A stretch of 64,000 nucleotides of DNA from positions 2,624,001-2,688,000 of the forward strand of contig CBDBCZ010000019.1 in assembly GCA_965203295.1 (NCBI GenBank), written 5' to 3'. The stretch is from Nitrospirales bacterium (GTDB lineage: Bacteria; Nitrospirota; Nitrospiria; Nitrospirales; UBA8639). The number at the start of each line of letters is the position of its first letter. The stretch's first letter is position 1. A program made the translations under genes and the position numbers. Positions 30,512 through 40,890 of the stretch are shown one piece after another. Below the pieces are notes generated by a model that saw nothing but the letters and a program-made list of their open reading frames with translations, ran no database searches and had not been told where the DNA came from.

Positions 30512-31622
30512 TCGGACTCCTACACTACTCAGAATCGATCCCTTCGAATGGTCATTTGTCGCAGTCGTCATCGGTATTCTCTCCATTGGAGTGTTATCCA
30601 TCTATAGTGTCACACCAGTGCACGCTCCCACAGGATTACCAATTTTTCTCAAACAGATGATATGGATTGGAGTAGGTGGTGTGGCATTCCTTTTCATGAG
30701 AACCCTTGATTACCACAAATTAGCCAGGGTAGCGTATGTGTTGTATGGAGTATGCCTTCTATTACTCGTGGTGGTCTTGGTGGCGGGTAAAAGTAGCCGA
30801 GGGGCTCAACGGTGGATCCCCTTAGGGCCCCTCGCATTCCAACCTTCAGAGTTTGTGAAGGTGTCTCTTATCCTCATGCTGTCGGTGTACTATACAACGA
30901 AGGCCCGCCATGGATGGTTGCGCCGGGTTATTGTGCCGGGATTTTTGGCTTTGCCAGGGTTTCTTCTTATTCTCAAACAACCAGATCTTGGCAGTAGTCT
31001 GAGTTTTTTGGCAATTTATATTACACTGTTATTGGCTGTTGGCGTGAGATCTAAAGCGTTTGGATTGGTGTTACTGTCTTCGCTGATGATCTTTCCTTTT
31101 GCGTGGGGAGAATTATGGGGATCGCTCCATAATTACCAAAAAGAACGAATCATGAGCTTCGTGGATCCTGCCTATGACCCTGGTGGAAAGGGATACCAGG
31201 GACTTCAATCCCGAATAGCTGTGGGGTCGGGAGAGATCATTGGTAAAGGCCTCTATGGTGGAACCCAAACACAATTTAAATTCTTGCCAGAAAGCCATAC
31301 AGATTTTGTGTTTGCGGTTTTTGCAGAGGAATGGGGGTTCTTAGGATCAGTCATTTTTTTTGCGCTCTTTTTAATCTTGTGTCTTTTGGGATTAGATATT
31401 GCATCCAAAGCCAAGGATATGCTGGGAGCCTTATTGGCCATTGGTGTGGTAGGGATGATCACTTTTAGTTTCGTGGTGAATATTGCCATGACCGTGGGAT
31501 TAGCACCGATTGTCGGAATTCCCCTTCCATTAATGAGTTATGGTGGAAGCGCCACCGTGGTAACCATGGCTGCCTTGGGGTTGTTGATGAGTGTGAGAAG
31601 GCGTCGATTGACACTGATCTGA
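30504..31622 (+). CDS. rodA: Rod shape-determining protein RodA (SEDS)
   Basis: GAQRWI, FQPSEF, QPDLGS, LPESHTDFVF, GIPLPLMSYGGS. Confidence 0.96.
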   Translation: MVDRTPTLLRIDPFEWSFVAVVIGILSIGVLSIYSVTPVHAPTGLPIFLKQMIWIGVGGVAFLFMRTLDYHKLARVAYVLYGVCLLLLVVVLVAGKSSRGAQRWIPLGPLAFQPSEFVKVSLILMLSVYYTTKARHGWLRRVIVPGFLALPGFLLILKQPDLGSSLSFLAIYITLLLAVGVRSKAFGLVLLSSLMIFPFAWGELWGSLHNYQKERIMSFVDPAYDPGGKGYQGLQSRIAVGSGEIIGKGLYGGTQTQFKFLPESHTDFVFAVFAEEWGFLGSVIFFALFLILCLLGLDIASKAKDMLGALLAIGVVGMITFSFVVNIAMTVGLAPIVGIPLPLMSYGGSATVVTMAALGLLMSVRRRRLTLI

Positions 31623-31729
31623 CCTGTTCCAAAGGTGTTGTCCGTTTAAGAAGCTGACATAGCAAGGGCCGGGAGTACAGCTCGGAGACATTTTTGAGAG
31701 CCTGTTAAGAATTGGGGAAAGGAGACCCC

Positions 31730-33292
31730 ATGGGAGTGGAAATAGCGATAAATGTGACCAGGGAAGAAACGCGAGTTGCTGTTCTTGAAAACAAAGTCGT
31801 CACGGAATTGTATGTCGATCGGGCCAAAAAGAAAGGCTTTGTGGGTGATATCTATAAAGGGAAAGTCGTGAAGATACTACCCGGCATGCAGGCAGCTTTC
31901 GTTGATGTAGGGCTGGAACGTACGGCGTTCATGCATGTGTCTGACTTATGCGGGGATGCGGAATCTGATGACGTCTTTGTCGACGGAGAAGCGGAATCTG
32001 ATGACGTCTTTGTCGACGGAGAAGAGGATGAAAAAGGATCGGAAATTCCTCGCCCGCGTCGGCAAACGATTCGACCGATTGAGCACCTGCTAGAGGAAGG
32101 GCAGGAATTGTTGGTGCAAATATCCAAGGGCCCGATTGGGACCAAGGGCCCACGCGTGACGGCACACACCTCTTTGCCTGGCCGTTTTCTTGTATTCATG
32201 CCGAACATTGATCATATTGGGATTTCGCGGCGAATTAGCAATGAAGAAGAACGTGTCCGTTTAAAAGGCATTATGAAGCAGATTCGGAAACCGGGTTACG
32301 GATTTATCGTGAGAACCGTCAGTGAGGGGGTCGCCGAGGAGGATTTGAATTCCGATGTGGAATTTCTGCAAACCTTGTGGCAAGACATTCTCAAAAAGCA
32401 GAAACAACTTCCTGCTCCGGCCTTGCTCCATTCTGATCTTTCCTTGACACTCCGAGTGGTCCGGGATCTCTTCACGAAAAAGGTGGACCGCTTATGGATT
32501 GATGCCAAAGAAGAATTTGAAGAGGGCAAAGATTTTGTGAAGCGGTATCTTCCTGAACAAACGACGCGCTTGTACCACTATGACAAGGAAGAGGGCCTCT
32601 TTGATCATCTTGGCATCGAAATGGAAATCTCACGTGCGTTGGGTCGCAAGGTTTGGTTGAAATCAGGAGGGCACATTGTTATTGACCATGCCGAGGCCAT
32701 GACGGTCATCGATGTGAATACAGGACGCTATGTGGGAAAACGAGATCAAGAAGAAACGATTCTGAAAAACAATTTGGAAGCCGCGAAAGAAATCGCCTAT
32801 CAGATCAAACTCAGAGGAATTGGGGGAATTATCATCATTGACTTTATTGATATGGAACGAGAGCGGAATCGGGAGAAAGTCTATCATGCGTTGGTCGATG
32901 CGATGAGTAATGATAAAGCGAGAACCAAAATATCACGCATTTCAGATTTGGGCTTGATTGAGATATCTCGCGAGAGAGTCCGGGAAGACCTTCTTCGAAC
33001 ATTGTCTGATATTTGTATAGATTGCGAGGGCCGGGGGTATACGAAATCGGGTACCTCGGTCGCTTACGATATTTTTCGGGAGATACGACGGATTGGGCGT
33101 TCGGCAGGACGGCAGACGATTGTGGTGGGAGCTAATCCGAGGATAGTGGAATTACTCCAGGATTTAGAACATGAAAGTATTGAGCAACTTGAACGGGAAT
33201 TTTTCCATCGAATTATTGTCAGGGCTGATCCCCTCCTTCATCTTGAACAGTATGATATTGTCGTGGTAGGTGGAGGGATGCGAGCAGCCTGA
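31730..33292 (+). CDS. rng: Ribonuclease G (Rne/Rng family)
   Basis: IYKGKV...LPGMQAAFVDVG S1 domain, IDVNTG, GGIIIIDFIDM, CIDCEGRG. Confidence 0.95.
   Translation: MGVEIAINVTREETRVAVLENKVVTELYVDRAKKKGFVGDIYKGKVVKILPGMQAAFVDVGLERTAFMHVSDLCGDAESDDVFVDGEAESDDVFVDGEEDEKGSEIPRPRRQTIRPIEHLLEEGQELLVQISKGPIGTKGPRVTAHTSLPGRFLVFMPNIDHIGISRRISNEEERVRLKGIMKQIRKPGYGFIVRTVSEGVAEEDLNSDVEFLQTLWQDILKKQKQLPAPALLHSDLSLTLRVVRDLFTKKVDRLWIDAKEEFEEGKDFVKRYLPEQTTRLYHYDKEEGLFDHLGIEMEISRALGRKVWLKSGGHIVIDHAEAMTVIDVNTGRYVGKRDQEETILKNNLEAAKEIAYQIKLRGIGGIIIIDFIDMERERNREKVYHALVDAMSNDKARTKISRISDLGLIEISRERVREDLLRTLSDICIDCEGRGYTKSGTSVAYDIFREIRRIGRSAGRQTIVVGANPRIVELLQDLEHESIEQLEREFFHRIIVRADPLLHLEQYDIVVVGGGMRAA
31958..32023 (+). 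repeat. Perfect 33-bp tandem duplication within rng (AESDDVFVDGE x2)
   Basis: GCGGAATCTGATGACGTCTTTGTCGACGGAGAA occurs twice in tandem, in frame. Confidence 0.95.
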
Positions 33293-34448
33293 GGAGGACC
33301 AATTTAACTTCCCCCCAATCAACAATGTATTGAAGGCCTGGCTGACTTTACGAACAATTCGAGGCCTCAATGATGCGAGAGTATGCCATTTAGTGCGCAT
33401 CTTTGGCTCTCCTGAAAAGGTCTGCACATCATCTATCTCGATGTTAATGAAACAAGGTGGAATGAGTGAATCACTGGCTCAGGCGATCATCACTGGACCT
33501 GATTCAGCGACTCGATCTCACATTGAAAAGGAGGTTGATCTGGTGCATCAAGGCAAGTGGTCGTTTGTCAATGTACTGGACGAAACCTATCCCAGTCGGT
33601 TAAAAATGATAGCAGATCCCTCTCCATTGCTCTATATGACGGGGACAACTCACGAGGATGATCAAAATGCCATTGCGATCGTCGGGGCTCGAAAAGCTTC
33701 ACCCCAAGGACTCACCTTCACAGAGGAACTCAGTCGCAACCTTGCTTCCTTGAGATTAACCATCGTCAGTGGGTTGGCAAGGGGCGTTGATGCCGCTGCC
33801 CACCGAGGGGCTTTACGAGGTGGTGGTCGAACGCTTGCGGTGTTAAGGTGTGGAATTGATCGCACATATCCCCCGGAGCATCGATCGTTGAGAGAAGAAA
33901 TCGAGAACAGAAGAGCGGTCCTTTCTGAATTTCCAGTTGGAACGCCTCCAAGGGGTTACCATTTTCCTAAAAGGAAGCGACTGATAACTGGGTTGCGTCT
34001 TGGCGTGGTCGTCACTGAAGCCGCGATTAAGAGTGGCTCCTTAATTATAGCCAGGTTTGCTTTGGAGCAAAACCGTGAGGTGTTTGCGGTTCCAGGGTCT
34101 GTCAAAGGGAATAAGCATAGTGGCCCCCATGGTCTGATCAAACAAGGAGCGAAATTAGTCGAGGATCACCACGATATTCTTGAGGAACTCTTGCCACAGT
34201 TAGACCACACATTTCGTGAGCGAGTCACATGCCCTGGCCCTCAGCAAGCTCCTGCACCCAAAACCTTGGGACCCGAGGAACAGGCCGTGTTTCAGTTGTT
34301 CTCGGATGAACCACTGTCTGTGGATGAGCTTATGGCTCAAGCCCGGTTTCTACCTACCGAGGTTATGAGTATCTTGCTGTCTTTGGAATTGAAGGGCATC
34401 ATTCTCCAATTGCCGGGTTCCCAGTATATTCGAGTATCGACGACCTAA
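33270..34448 (+). CDS. dprA: DNA-processing protein DprA (frame intact, motifs degenerate)
   Basis: YPSRL, AIVGAR, VSGLARGVDAAAH, REVFAVPG, LIKQGA, C-terminal winged helix; located before topA. Confidence 0.92.
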   Translation: MEGCEQPEEDQFNFPPINNVLKAWLTLRTIRGLNDARVCHLVRIFGSPEKVCTSSISMLMKQGGMSESLAQAIITGPDSATRSHIEKEVDLVHQGKWSFVNVLDETYPSRLKMIADPSPLLYMTGTTHEDDQNAIAIVGARKASPQGLTFTEELSRNLASLRLTIVSGLARGVDAAAHRGALRGGGRTLAVLRCGIDRTYPPEHRSLREEIENRRAVLSEFPVGTPPRGYHFPKRKRLITGLRLGVVVTEAAIKSGSLIIARFALEQNREVFAVPGSVKGNKHSGPHGLIKQGAKLVEDHHDILEELLPQLDHTFRERVTCPGPQQAPAPKTLGPEEQAVFQLFSDEPLSVDELMAQARFLPTEVMSILLSLELKGIILQLPGSQYIRVSTT

Positions 34449-34506
34449 ACGATTCACGAAGGGATGAATGTCCGGATATGGGAACAAGGAGAAAATATTA
34501 GCAAAA

Positions 34507-36798
34507 ATGGCTAAGTCACTGATCATCGTTGAGTCTCCCGCGAAAGCGAGGACGATTACCAAGTATCTCGGCCGTGGGTATCAAGTGTTGGCCTCGGTTG
34601 GGCACGTGAAAGATTTGCCAAAAAGTAAACTAGGCATCGATGTGGATCACGACTTCAATCCGCAGTACATCGTGATTCGAGGCAAAAGCAAAGTTCTCAA
34701 CGAGATTAAAACTCAGGCAAAAAAAGCAGAAAAAGTGTTTTTAGCTCCCGATCCCGATCGAGAAGGGGAAGCGATTGCCTGGCACATTGCTGAGGAATTG
34801 AACGGAAAAAAGCCACAAGTCTACCGGGTCTTGTTCAACGAAATTACTCAAAGTGCCATCAAACGAGCTTTGCAAGCCCCCAGTTCGATCGATATAAATA
34901 AGGTGAATGCGCAGCAAGCTCGGCGAGTCTTAGACCGTCTTGTTGGCTATATGTTGAGCCCATTGCTTTGGAAGAAAGTCCGTCGTGGGTTAAGTGCGGG
35001 TAGAGTGCAATCGGTGGCTGTTCGGGTGATTTGTGATCGGGAATTTGACAGAGAGCGCTTTCAACCGGTTGAATATTGGACGATCACCGCCACATTCCAA
35101 GGCCACAATCCGCCACCCTTTGAGGCAAGACTTCAGGACTATAGGGGAAAACCCATTGAGATTGCTTCTGAAGGTGACGCCAACCGCATTCTTCAGGCTT
35201 TGGCAGGTGCAGAATTCAGGATTTCCACAATCGAAAAAAGTGAGAAGCGTCGGAATCCTCCACCCCCATTTATTACAAGCCGGTTGCAACAAGAGGCAGT
35301 TAGAAAGCTGCGGTTTTCTGCGAAGCAAACGATGATGCTGGCCCAAAAATTGTACGAGGGTTTGGAGATCGGTCAGGAAGGACCCGTGGGTCTTATTACG
35401 TATATGCGGACGGATTCGACGCAAATCTCAAGTGAGGCGCAAGCTGAGGCAACGGAACTCATTAGGGATCGGTTTGGTGAACAATATCTCCCTTCGACCC
35501 CGAATGTGTACAAAACAGCCAAGGCGGCTCAGGAGGCCCATGAGGCCATTCGACCGACCTCGGTCCACCGAGATCCTGAAAACGTGCGATCGTTTCTCGA
35601 TCAAGATCTGTATCGATTATATAAACTCATTTGGACTCGATTCATGGCATCCCAAATGAGTCGAGGAGTGGACGAAGCGACCAAGGTCGATATTGAGTCA
35701 AGCGGCTATACGTTTCGCGCGACAGGCACGATCGAAAAATTTGATGGGTACCGTCGAGTGTATGTGGAAGGGAAAGATCTTGCAGCAGGAGATGCTTCTC
35801 AAGAAGAATCTTCTCAAGCGACTGAAGAAGACCGACGACTGCCCGACTTAACCCAAGACGAACGCCTTCGTCTGATAGAAAAAGATGAGCAGGAATTGCA
35901 GCCCAAACAACATTTCACTCAACCCCCACCTCGATACAATGAGGCTCTCTTGATTCGGGAATTAGAAGAGAAGGGCATTGGACGACCGTCTACCTATGCC
36001 ACGATTATTTCAACGATCCAAGACCGGCGTTACGTTGAGAAAGAAGAAAAACGATTTAAACCAACCGAACTCGGCCGAATCGTGAATGATCGATTGGTCC
36101 AGTATTTCCCTCAGGTCTTTAACGTCGCGTTCACGGCCGAAATGGAATCTCAGCTTGATCAGATCGAAGAAGGTGGAAAGAACTGGGTCGACACCGTGAA
36201 GGAATTTTATGCCCCCTTTGTGAAGGACCTGGGTGAAGCTGATGATAAAATGGAAGGCCTGAAGGGGAAAGAAGAACCCACGGACATTGTCTGCGATAAA
36301 TGTGGGCAAAACATGGTGATCAAGTGGGGGCGACATGGTCATTTCTTAGCATGTCCTGGATATCCTACATGTAAGAATACCAAGCAATTCAACAAAACTG
36401 AGGCTGGGACGATCGAAGTCGTAGAAAAAGAGGAGCAGACCACCGACGAAAAATGTGAAAAGTGTGGGAGTCAGATGGTGGTCAAAACCGGTCGGTTCGG
36501 GACGTTTCTGGCTTGCTCTAATTACCCAAAATGCAAAACCACAAAACCGTTGGGCTTGGGGATTAAATGTCCAACGGAGGAGTGTTTTGGAGATTTGGTT
36601 CAGAAGCGATCGAGAAAAGGAAGGCTGTTTTACTCCTGTAGCAGATATCCCAAGTGTACGTTTGCCATGTGGAATCGACCCATCAACCGAGCGTGCCCGA
36701 GTTGCCATGCTCCGTTTTTAGTAAAGAAGTCCAGTAAAAAGACCGGTGTCGTGGTTCAATGCCATAACGAATCCTGTGATTATCAGGAAACAAGTTAA
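34507..36798 (+). CDS. topA: DNA topoisomerase I
   Basis: IVESPAKA, DPDREGEAI, SAGRVQS, LITYMRTDS, GIGRPSTY, C-terminal Zn ribbons. Confidence 0.98.
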   Translation: MAKSLIIVESPAKARTITKYLGRGYQVLASVGHVKDLPKSKLGIDVDHDFNPQYIVIRGKSKVLNEIKTQAKKAEKVFLAPDPDREGEAIAWHIAEELNGKKPQVYRVLFNEITQSAIKRALQAPSSIDINKVNAQQARRVLDRLVGYMLSPLLWKKVRRGLSAGRVQSVAVRVICDREFDRERFQPVEYWTITATFQGHNPPPFEARLQDYRGKPIEIASEGDANRILQALAGAEFRISTIEKSEKRRNPPPPFITSRLQQEAVRKLRFSAKQTMMLAQKLYEGLEIGQEGPVGLITYMRTDSTQISSEAQAEATELIRDRFGEQYLPSTPNVYKTAKAAQEAHEAIRPTSVHRDPENVRSFLDQDLYRLYKLIWTRFMASQMSRGVDEATKVDIESSGYTFRATGTIEKFDGYRRVYVEGKDLAAGDASQEESSQATEEDRRLPDLTQDERLRLIEKDEQELQPKQHFTQPPPRYNEALLIRELEEKGIGRPSTYATIISTIQDRRYVEKEEKRFKPTELGRIVNDRLVQYFPQVFNVAFTAEMESQLDQIEEGGKNWVDTVKEFYAPFVKDLGEADDKMEGLKGKEEPTDIVCDKCGQNMVIKWGRHGHFLACPGYPTCKNTKQFNKTEAGTIEVVEKEEQTTDEKCEKCGSQMVVKTGRFGTFLACSNYPKCKTTKPLGLGIKCPTEECFGDLVQKRSRKGRLFYSCSRYPKCTFAMWNRPINRACPSCHAPFLVKKSSKKTGVVVQCHNESCDYQETS

Positions 36799-36807
36799 TC
36801 GGTCCAG

Positions 36808-38067
36808 TCAAGACCCTACCGCCGGTTTCATCCCCTTATTTTGCTCAAAAATCTTAATGGCTTCACTCTTTCCCAGGATCACTTCTTCCGTGATGACGAC
36901 CTCTTTCATATCAGGTTGAGACGGAACCTCGTACATCACATCCAGCATCACGTCTTCTAAAATGGCCCGGAGACCACGAGCCCCAGTCTTTTGGGAGAAG
37001 GCCTTTTGGGCTATCGCACTCAAAGCTCCTTCTGTGAATTTCAATTTGACTTTATCCAAAGATAAAAGCCTTTGGTATTGTTTAGTCAGTGCATTTCTGG
37101 GTTCAGTTAAGATACGAACCAGCGCGGATTGATCCAGTTCCTCTAGAGTCGTGACCACAGGCAACCGTCCGATAAACTCAGGAATTAATCCATATTGCAA
37201 CAGGTCTTCGGGCTGGACGTAGGGAAGCAGAGATATCCGCGCCATGTGACTTGCGGTCTCTTCTTCTGCTCGGAATCCCATTCGTTTCTTATTGAGTCGA
37301 CGTTCGATGATAGGTTCTAATCCAACAAACGCTCCCCCACAAATCACCAAGATATTCTTCGTGTCAACCTGAATGAATTCTTGGTGAGGATGCTTTCGAC
37401 CACCTTGAGGTGGAACATTGGCCACGGTGCCTTCGATTAATTTCAGCAAGGCCTGTTGAACGCCTTCGCCTGATACATCTCTTGTAATAGAGGGACTGTC
37501 CGCTTTGCGAGTAATCTTGTCAATCTCGTCAATGTAGATAATCCCACGTTCTGCCCGCTCCACTTCATAGTCCGCTGCCTGAAGTAACTTTAAGATAATG
37601 TTTTCAACATCCTCACCCACATACCCGGCTTCGGTGAGGGTCGTCGCATCGGCCAGGGTAAAAGGCACATCTAAGTAATTGGCCAAGGTTTGGGCCATGA
37701 GGGTTTTCCCTGTGCCGGTTGACCCAATCATGAGGATGTTCCCTTTTTGCAGTTCGACGTCACCGGCATCATTGGCTGCAATTCGTTTATAGTGGTTATG
37801 AACGGCAACCGAGAGGATTCTCTTGGCCCGCTCCTGTCCGATAATATATTGATCTAAATGTCGATTAATTTCAGCAGGTTTCCGAAGTTTGGAAGAGATT
37901 TCCTCTTTCGCCTCTTGCCATTCCTCAGCCATAATCTCATTGCAAAGACCGACGCATTCGTCACAGATATAGACTGTGGGGCCGGCAATGAGCTTACGAA
38001 CCTGATCCCGACTTTTCCCGCAGAATGAGCATCGTAGATTACTATTCGTTTTGACCTGCTTGGCCAT
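36808..38067 (-). CDS. clpX: ATP-dependent Clp protease ATP-binding subunit ClpX
   Basis: CSFCGK...ICDEC zinc finger, [26 protein letters not shown]. Confidence 0.98.
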   Translation of the reverse strand: MAKQVKTNSNLRCSFCGKSRDQVRKLIAGPTVYICDECVGLCNEIMAEEWQEAKEEISSKLRKPAEINRHLDQYIIGQERAKRILSVAVHNHYKRIAANDAGDVELQKGNILMIGSTGTGKTLMAQTLANYLDVPFTLADATTLTEAGYVGEDVENIILKLLQAADYEVERAERGIIYIDEIDKITRKADSPSITRDVSGEGVQQALLKLIEGTVANVPPQGGRKHPHQEFIQVDTKNILVICGGAFVGLEPIIERRLNKKRMGFRAEEETASHMARISLLPYVQPEDLLQYGLIPEFIGRLPVVTTLEELDQSALVRILTEPRNALTKQYQRLLSLDKVKLKFTEGALSAIAQKAFSQKTGARGLRAILEDVMLDVMYEVPSQPDMKEVVITEEVILGKSEAIKIFEQNKGMKPAVGS

Positions 38068-38081
38068 AAACCCTCCTGAAG

Positions 38082-38714
38082 TTACTCACCCTTGCCTTGT
38101 GCTGAGGTCGTAGAAGAAGCCTCTGACTTTTTCTCAGGGACACGAGTAATGACCTCATCAATCAATCCGTACGCTTTCGCTTCTTCTGCTGACATAAAAT
38201 AATCGCGCTCAGTGTCTTCGGCGATTTTTTCCAATGGCTGCCCGGTTTGTGTGGCCAGAATGTCATTCAGTCGTTCCCGAATTTTCAAAATTTCGCGAGC
38301 GTGAATATCAATCTCGGTTGCCTGTCCTTGGAACCCTCCCATCGGCTGATGGATCATGACTCGAGCGTTCGGAAGCGCAAATCGTTTCCCCTTGGTCCCC
38401 GCGCTCAGTAACAAAGCCCCCATACTGGCTGCTTGGCCTAAACAGATTGTGGTAATAGGGGGCTTCACATATTGCATTGTATCATAAATTCCAAGGCCAG
38501 CCGTCACACTCCCGCCCGGAGAGTTGACGTACAAGTTAATATCTTTCTCAGAATCCTCTGCCTCTAAGAACAACAACTGGGCGATGATCAAGTTGGAAAA
38601 CACATCATCAACGGGGGCTCCCAGGAAGATAATACGATCCTTCAGAAGCCGGGAATAAATGTCATAAGCCCGTTCTCCCCGAGTGGTTGTTTCAATCACC
38701 ATGGGTACTAGCAT
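38082..38714 (-). CDS. clpP: ATP-dependent Clp protease proteolytic subunit
   Basis: [31 protein letters not shown]. Confidence 0.98.
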   Translation of the reverse strand: MLVPMVIETTTRGERAYDIYSRLLKDRIIFLGAPVDDVFSNLIIAQLLFLEAEDSEKDINLYVNSPGGSVTAGLGIYDTMQYVKPPITTICLGQAASMGALLLSAGTKGKRFALPNARVMIHQPMGGFQGQATEIDIHAREILKIRERLNDILATQTGQPLEKIAEDTERDYFMSAEEAKAYGLIDEVITRVPEKKSEASSTTSAQGKGE

Positions 38715-38830
38715 AATCCCGTTTACCCTTTCTCTATGTAGCCGTTCTCCCTACCGAAACCCTTATGCTGATCGAGAGAGAAGGTCGTTTTGTTGAAAGT
38801 CCAACACACAATCGCTGTCGCGGTATCACT

Positions 38831-40156
38831 CTATCCTTGTATGACTGCGAATTGATAAACCAGTTGCAAGGCCTTGTCAGCTCGGATACGATCCCGAAAC
38901 TCCTCTTGTGAGCCTTCGCCTCCCGCTTCTACCATCTTTCGGATGTCCTCCATCGGAAGTTTAAGTCCACGAGCGAGTCTCATGACTTCGTCTTGAATAT
39001 CTTGCTCCTCTACCGTAATGCCTTCTTTGTCCGCGATCGCCTCCAAAATCAACGAGAGCTTGACACGGCGCTGAGTATCTTGAAGCATTTCCTGTTGGAG
39101 CCGTTTGGCCTCTTCTTCCAAATGGATCTGGTCTTCAACCGAAAAAGATCGATTCTTTTTCTGTTGATCTTCGATTAAACGTTGCCGAACCGTAACTCGG
39201 ACCTCTCGGTCTATCAAAGCCTGGGGCAGGTCAAAATGGTGCATTTGGAGAAGGCGCTCCATGATGGCATCTTTGTGAGTATTCTCAATGTCCTTTTTGA
39301 GAACTTCCTCTAATTGAGAACGCACGCTTTCTTCCAATTCGGTAAGAGACTCATACGGACCGCAATCCTTGGCAAATTCGTCGTCAAGAGTCGGAAGAGT
39401 TTTTTGTTTGATCCCCTGAATCGTCAGAGTAAATTGGACCGTTTTCCCTGCCAATCGATCATCGGGGTGAGCATCAGGATAGACCTGGGACATTTCCACC
39501 TGCTCCCCTTCCTTTTTCCCCCTGATCACATCGTCAATATCTAACCCTAAAACCAGTTCTTTGCTCCCGACTTTATGAAGGTGGCCTTCCTTTTTTGCGC
39601 CATCGACGGAGGTCCCATCCAGGAACCCCTCGACCGTGACCACGGCATACAGATCATCCGCCAAAGGCGTGTCTGTTGGGGCAGCCTCCAACCGGGCATG
39701 CTGTTCGCGTACGGATTCAATGCTTTGCTGAACTTGTTCATCTGTAATAGAACGAGGATCCGGCTTCAGAGCAATGGGATTGGGAGGCCGATAATCTCGG
39801 ATCTCGATGACAGGTTTTATTTCGACTGTGGCTGTAAACGTAAAGGTCGTATTTCTTTGTGCCTTAATGCGTTCCAGGGGGGGAATGTCGACTAAGACTG
39901 GTGTGACTCCAGCCTCCTTAATGGCTCGTTGGTAATAATCGGGAACCAACCGTTGAACCACGTCTTGCTCCACCGCTTTGGCATACCGTTTTTCGAGCAT
40001 CGCAAGAGGGGCTTTACCCGGTCTGAATCCTGGGATTCGAACTTGACGTTTAAGGTCGGCATAGACCCGGTCAAACTCCTTATTGACAGCATCTTCTGGT
40101 ACCTCAATCTTAATAGCCCGTTTGCTGGGGCCTAGTTCGGTCATTTCCAATTTCAT
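38831..40156 (-). CDS. tig: Trigger factor
   Basis: IPGFRPGKAP ribosome-binding motif, LDDEFAK; tig-clpP-clpX gene order. Confidence 0.96.
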   Translation of the reverse strand: MKLEMTELGPSKRAIKIEVPEDAVNKEFDRVYADLKRQVRIPGFRPGKAPLAMLEKRYAKAVEQDVVQRLVPDYYQRAIKEAGVTPVLVDIPPLERIKAQRNTTFTFTATVEIKPVIEIRDYRPPNPIALKPDPRSITDEQVQQSIESVREQHARLEAAPTDTPLADDLYAVVTVEGFLDGTSVDGAKKEGHLHKVGSKELVLGLDIDDVIRGKKEGEQVEMSQVYPDAHPDDRLAGKTVQFTLTIQGIKQKTLPTLDDEFAKDCGPYESLTELEESVRSQLEEVLKKDIENTHKDAIMERLLQMHHFDLPQALIDREVRVTVRQRLIEDQQKKNRSFSVEDQIHLEEEAKRLQQEMLQDTQRRVKLSLILEAIADKEGITVEEQDIQDEVMRLARGLKLPMEDIRKMVEAGGEGSQEEFRDRIRADKALQLVYQFAVIQG

Positions 40157-40216
40157 AAATCAGGGCATCCTTATTATGGGAGTCTTATGGACGGAGTTGG
40201 GTTGATGGGCAGAAAT

Positions 40217-40299
40217 TGGTGCGAGAGGGGGGACTTGAACCCCCACGGTCTCCCACGAGATCCTAAGTCTCGCGCGTCTGCCAGTTCCGCCACTCTCGC
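40217..40299 (-). tRNA. tRNA-Leu(TAG)
   Basis: GCGAGAGTGGCGGAACTGGCAGACGCGCGAGACTTAGGATCTCG...GGTTCAAGTCCCCCCTCTCGCACCA, upstream of tig. Confidence 0.95.
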
Positions 40300-40544
40300 A
40301 GGTTGTCCATTATGGGTATGTGAGAAAAAACCTCCCGCTTCCCAGACGCAAGGGATGATCGATTTGAATCACGGATGAAAATGCTATCGCTCTCAAGACG
40401 TGCTTACCAACCTTTTTACAGGTGACAATGGGGTACTGTCAACGACAACTTCTTGCGTAAAGTCCTAGGGAAATCTCCTCATTCGTGAGAAAGCGCAACC
40501 GCGACAAAACAGCCTCAACACGAAGGTGGGGTCAAGGATGAGCA

Positions 40545-40868
40545 GTGTGGCAACGCATCAAGATTCTGTCTTGCCAGAGAAGGGATGTGTGGGCTATGGT
40601 GAACCTTATGGGCCTCAAAAAATTATACGTAGATATATACAAACAGTTTATTGAGAAATATCAGGCTGCTAAAGGCTTTGACTTTCAACAGTTACCTTGG
40701 GAAAGCACAGCACCCAAATCTGTCACCTTTAAAAAAGAACTCAAATGGTGGACCCTGAACCGCCCCCAACGACTCAAAGCCATTTCCCGGGAACGCGACC
40801 GCCAGCAACAAGAGATTATTGATCTAAAGAACCGACCACAGTCCTCCGCCGACACGACTCAAAGCTGA
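40545..40868 (+). CDS. Hypothetical protein
   Basis: ORF of 90-107 aa depending on start; no recognised motif. Confidence 0.5.
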   Translation: MWQRIKILSCQRRDVWAMVNLMGLKKLYVDIYKQFIEKYQAAKGFDFQQLPWESTAPKSVTFKKELKWWTLNRPQRLKAISRERDRQQQEIIDLKNRPQSSADTTQS

Positions 40869-40890
40869 ATGTTCGACTCATTGACGTAGA

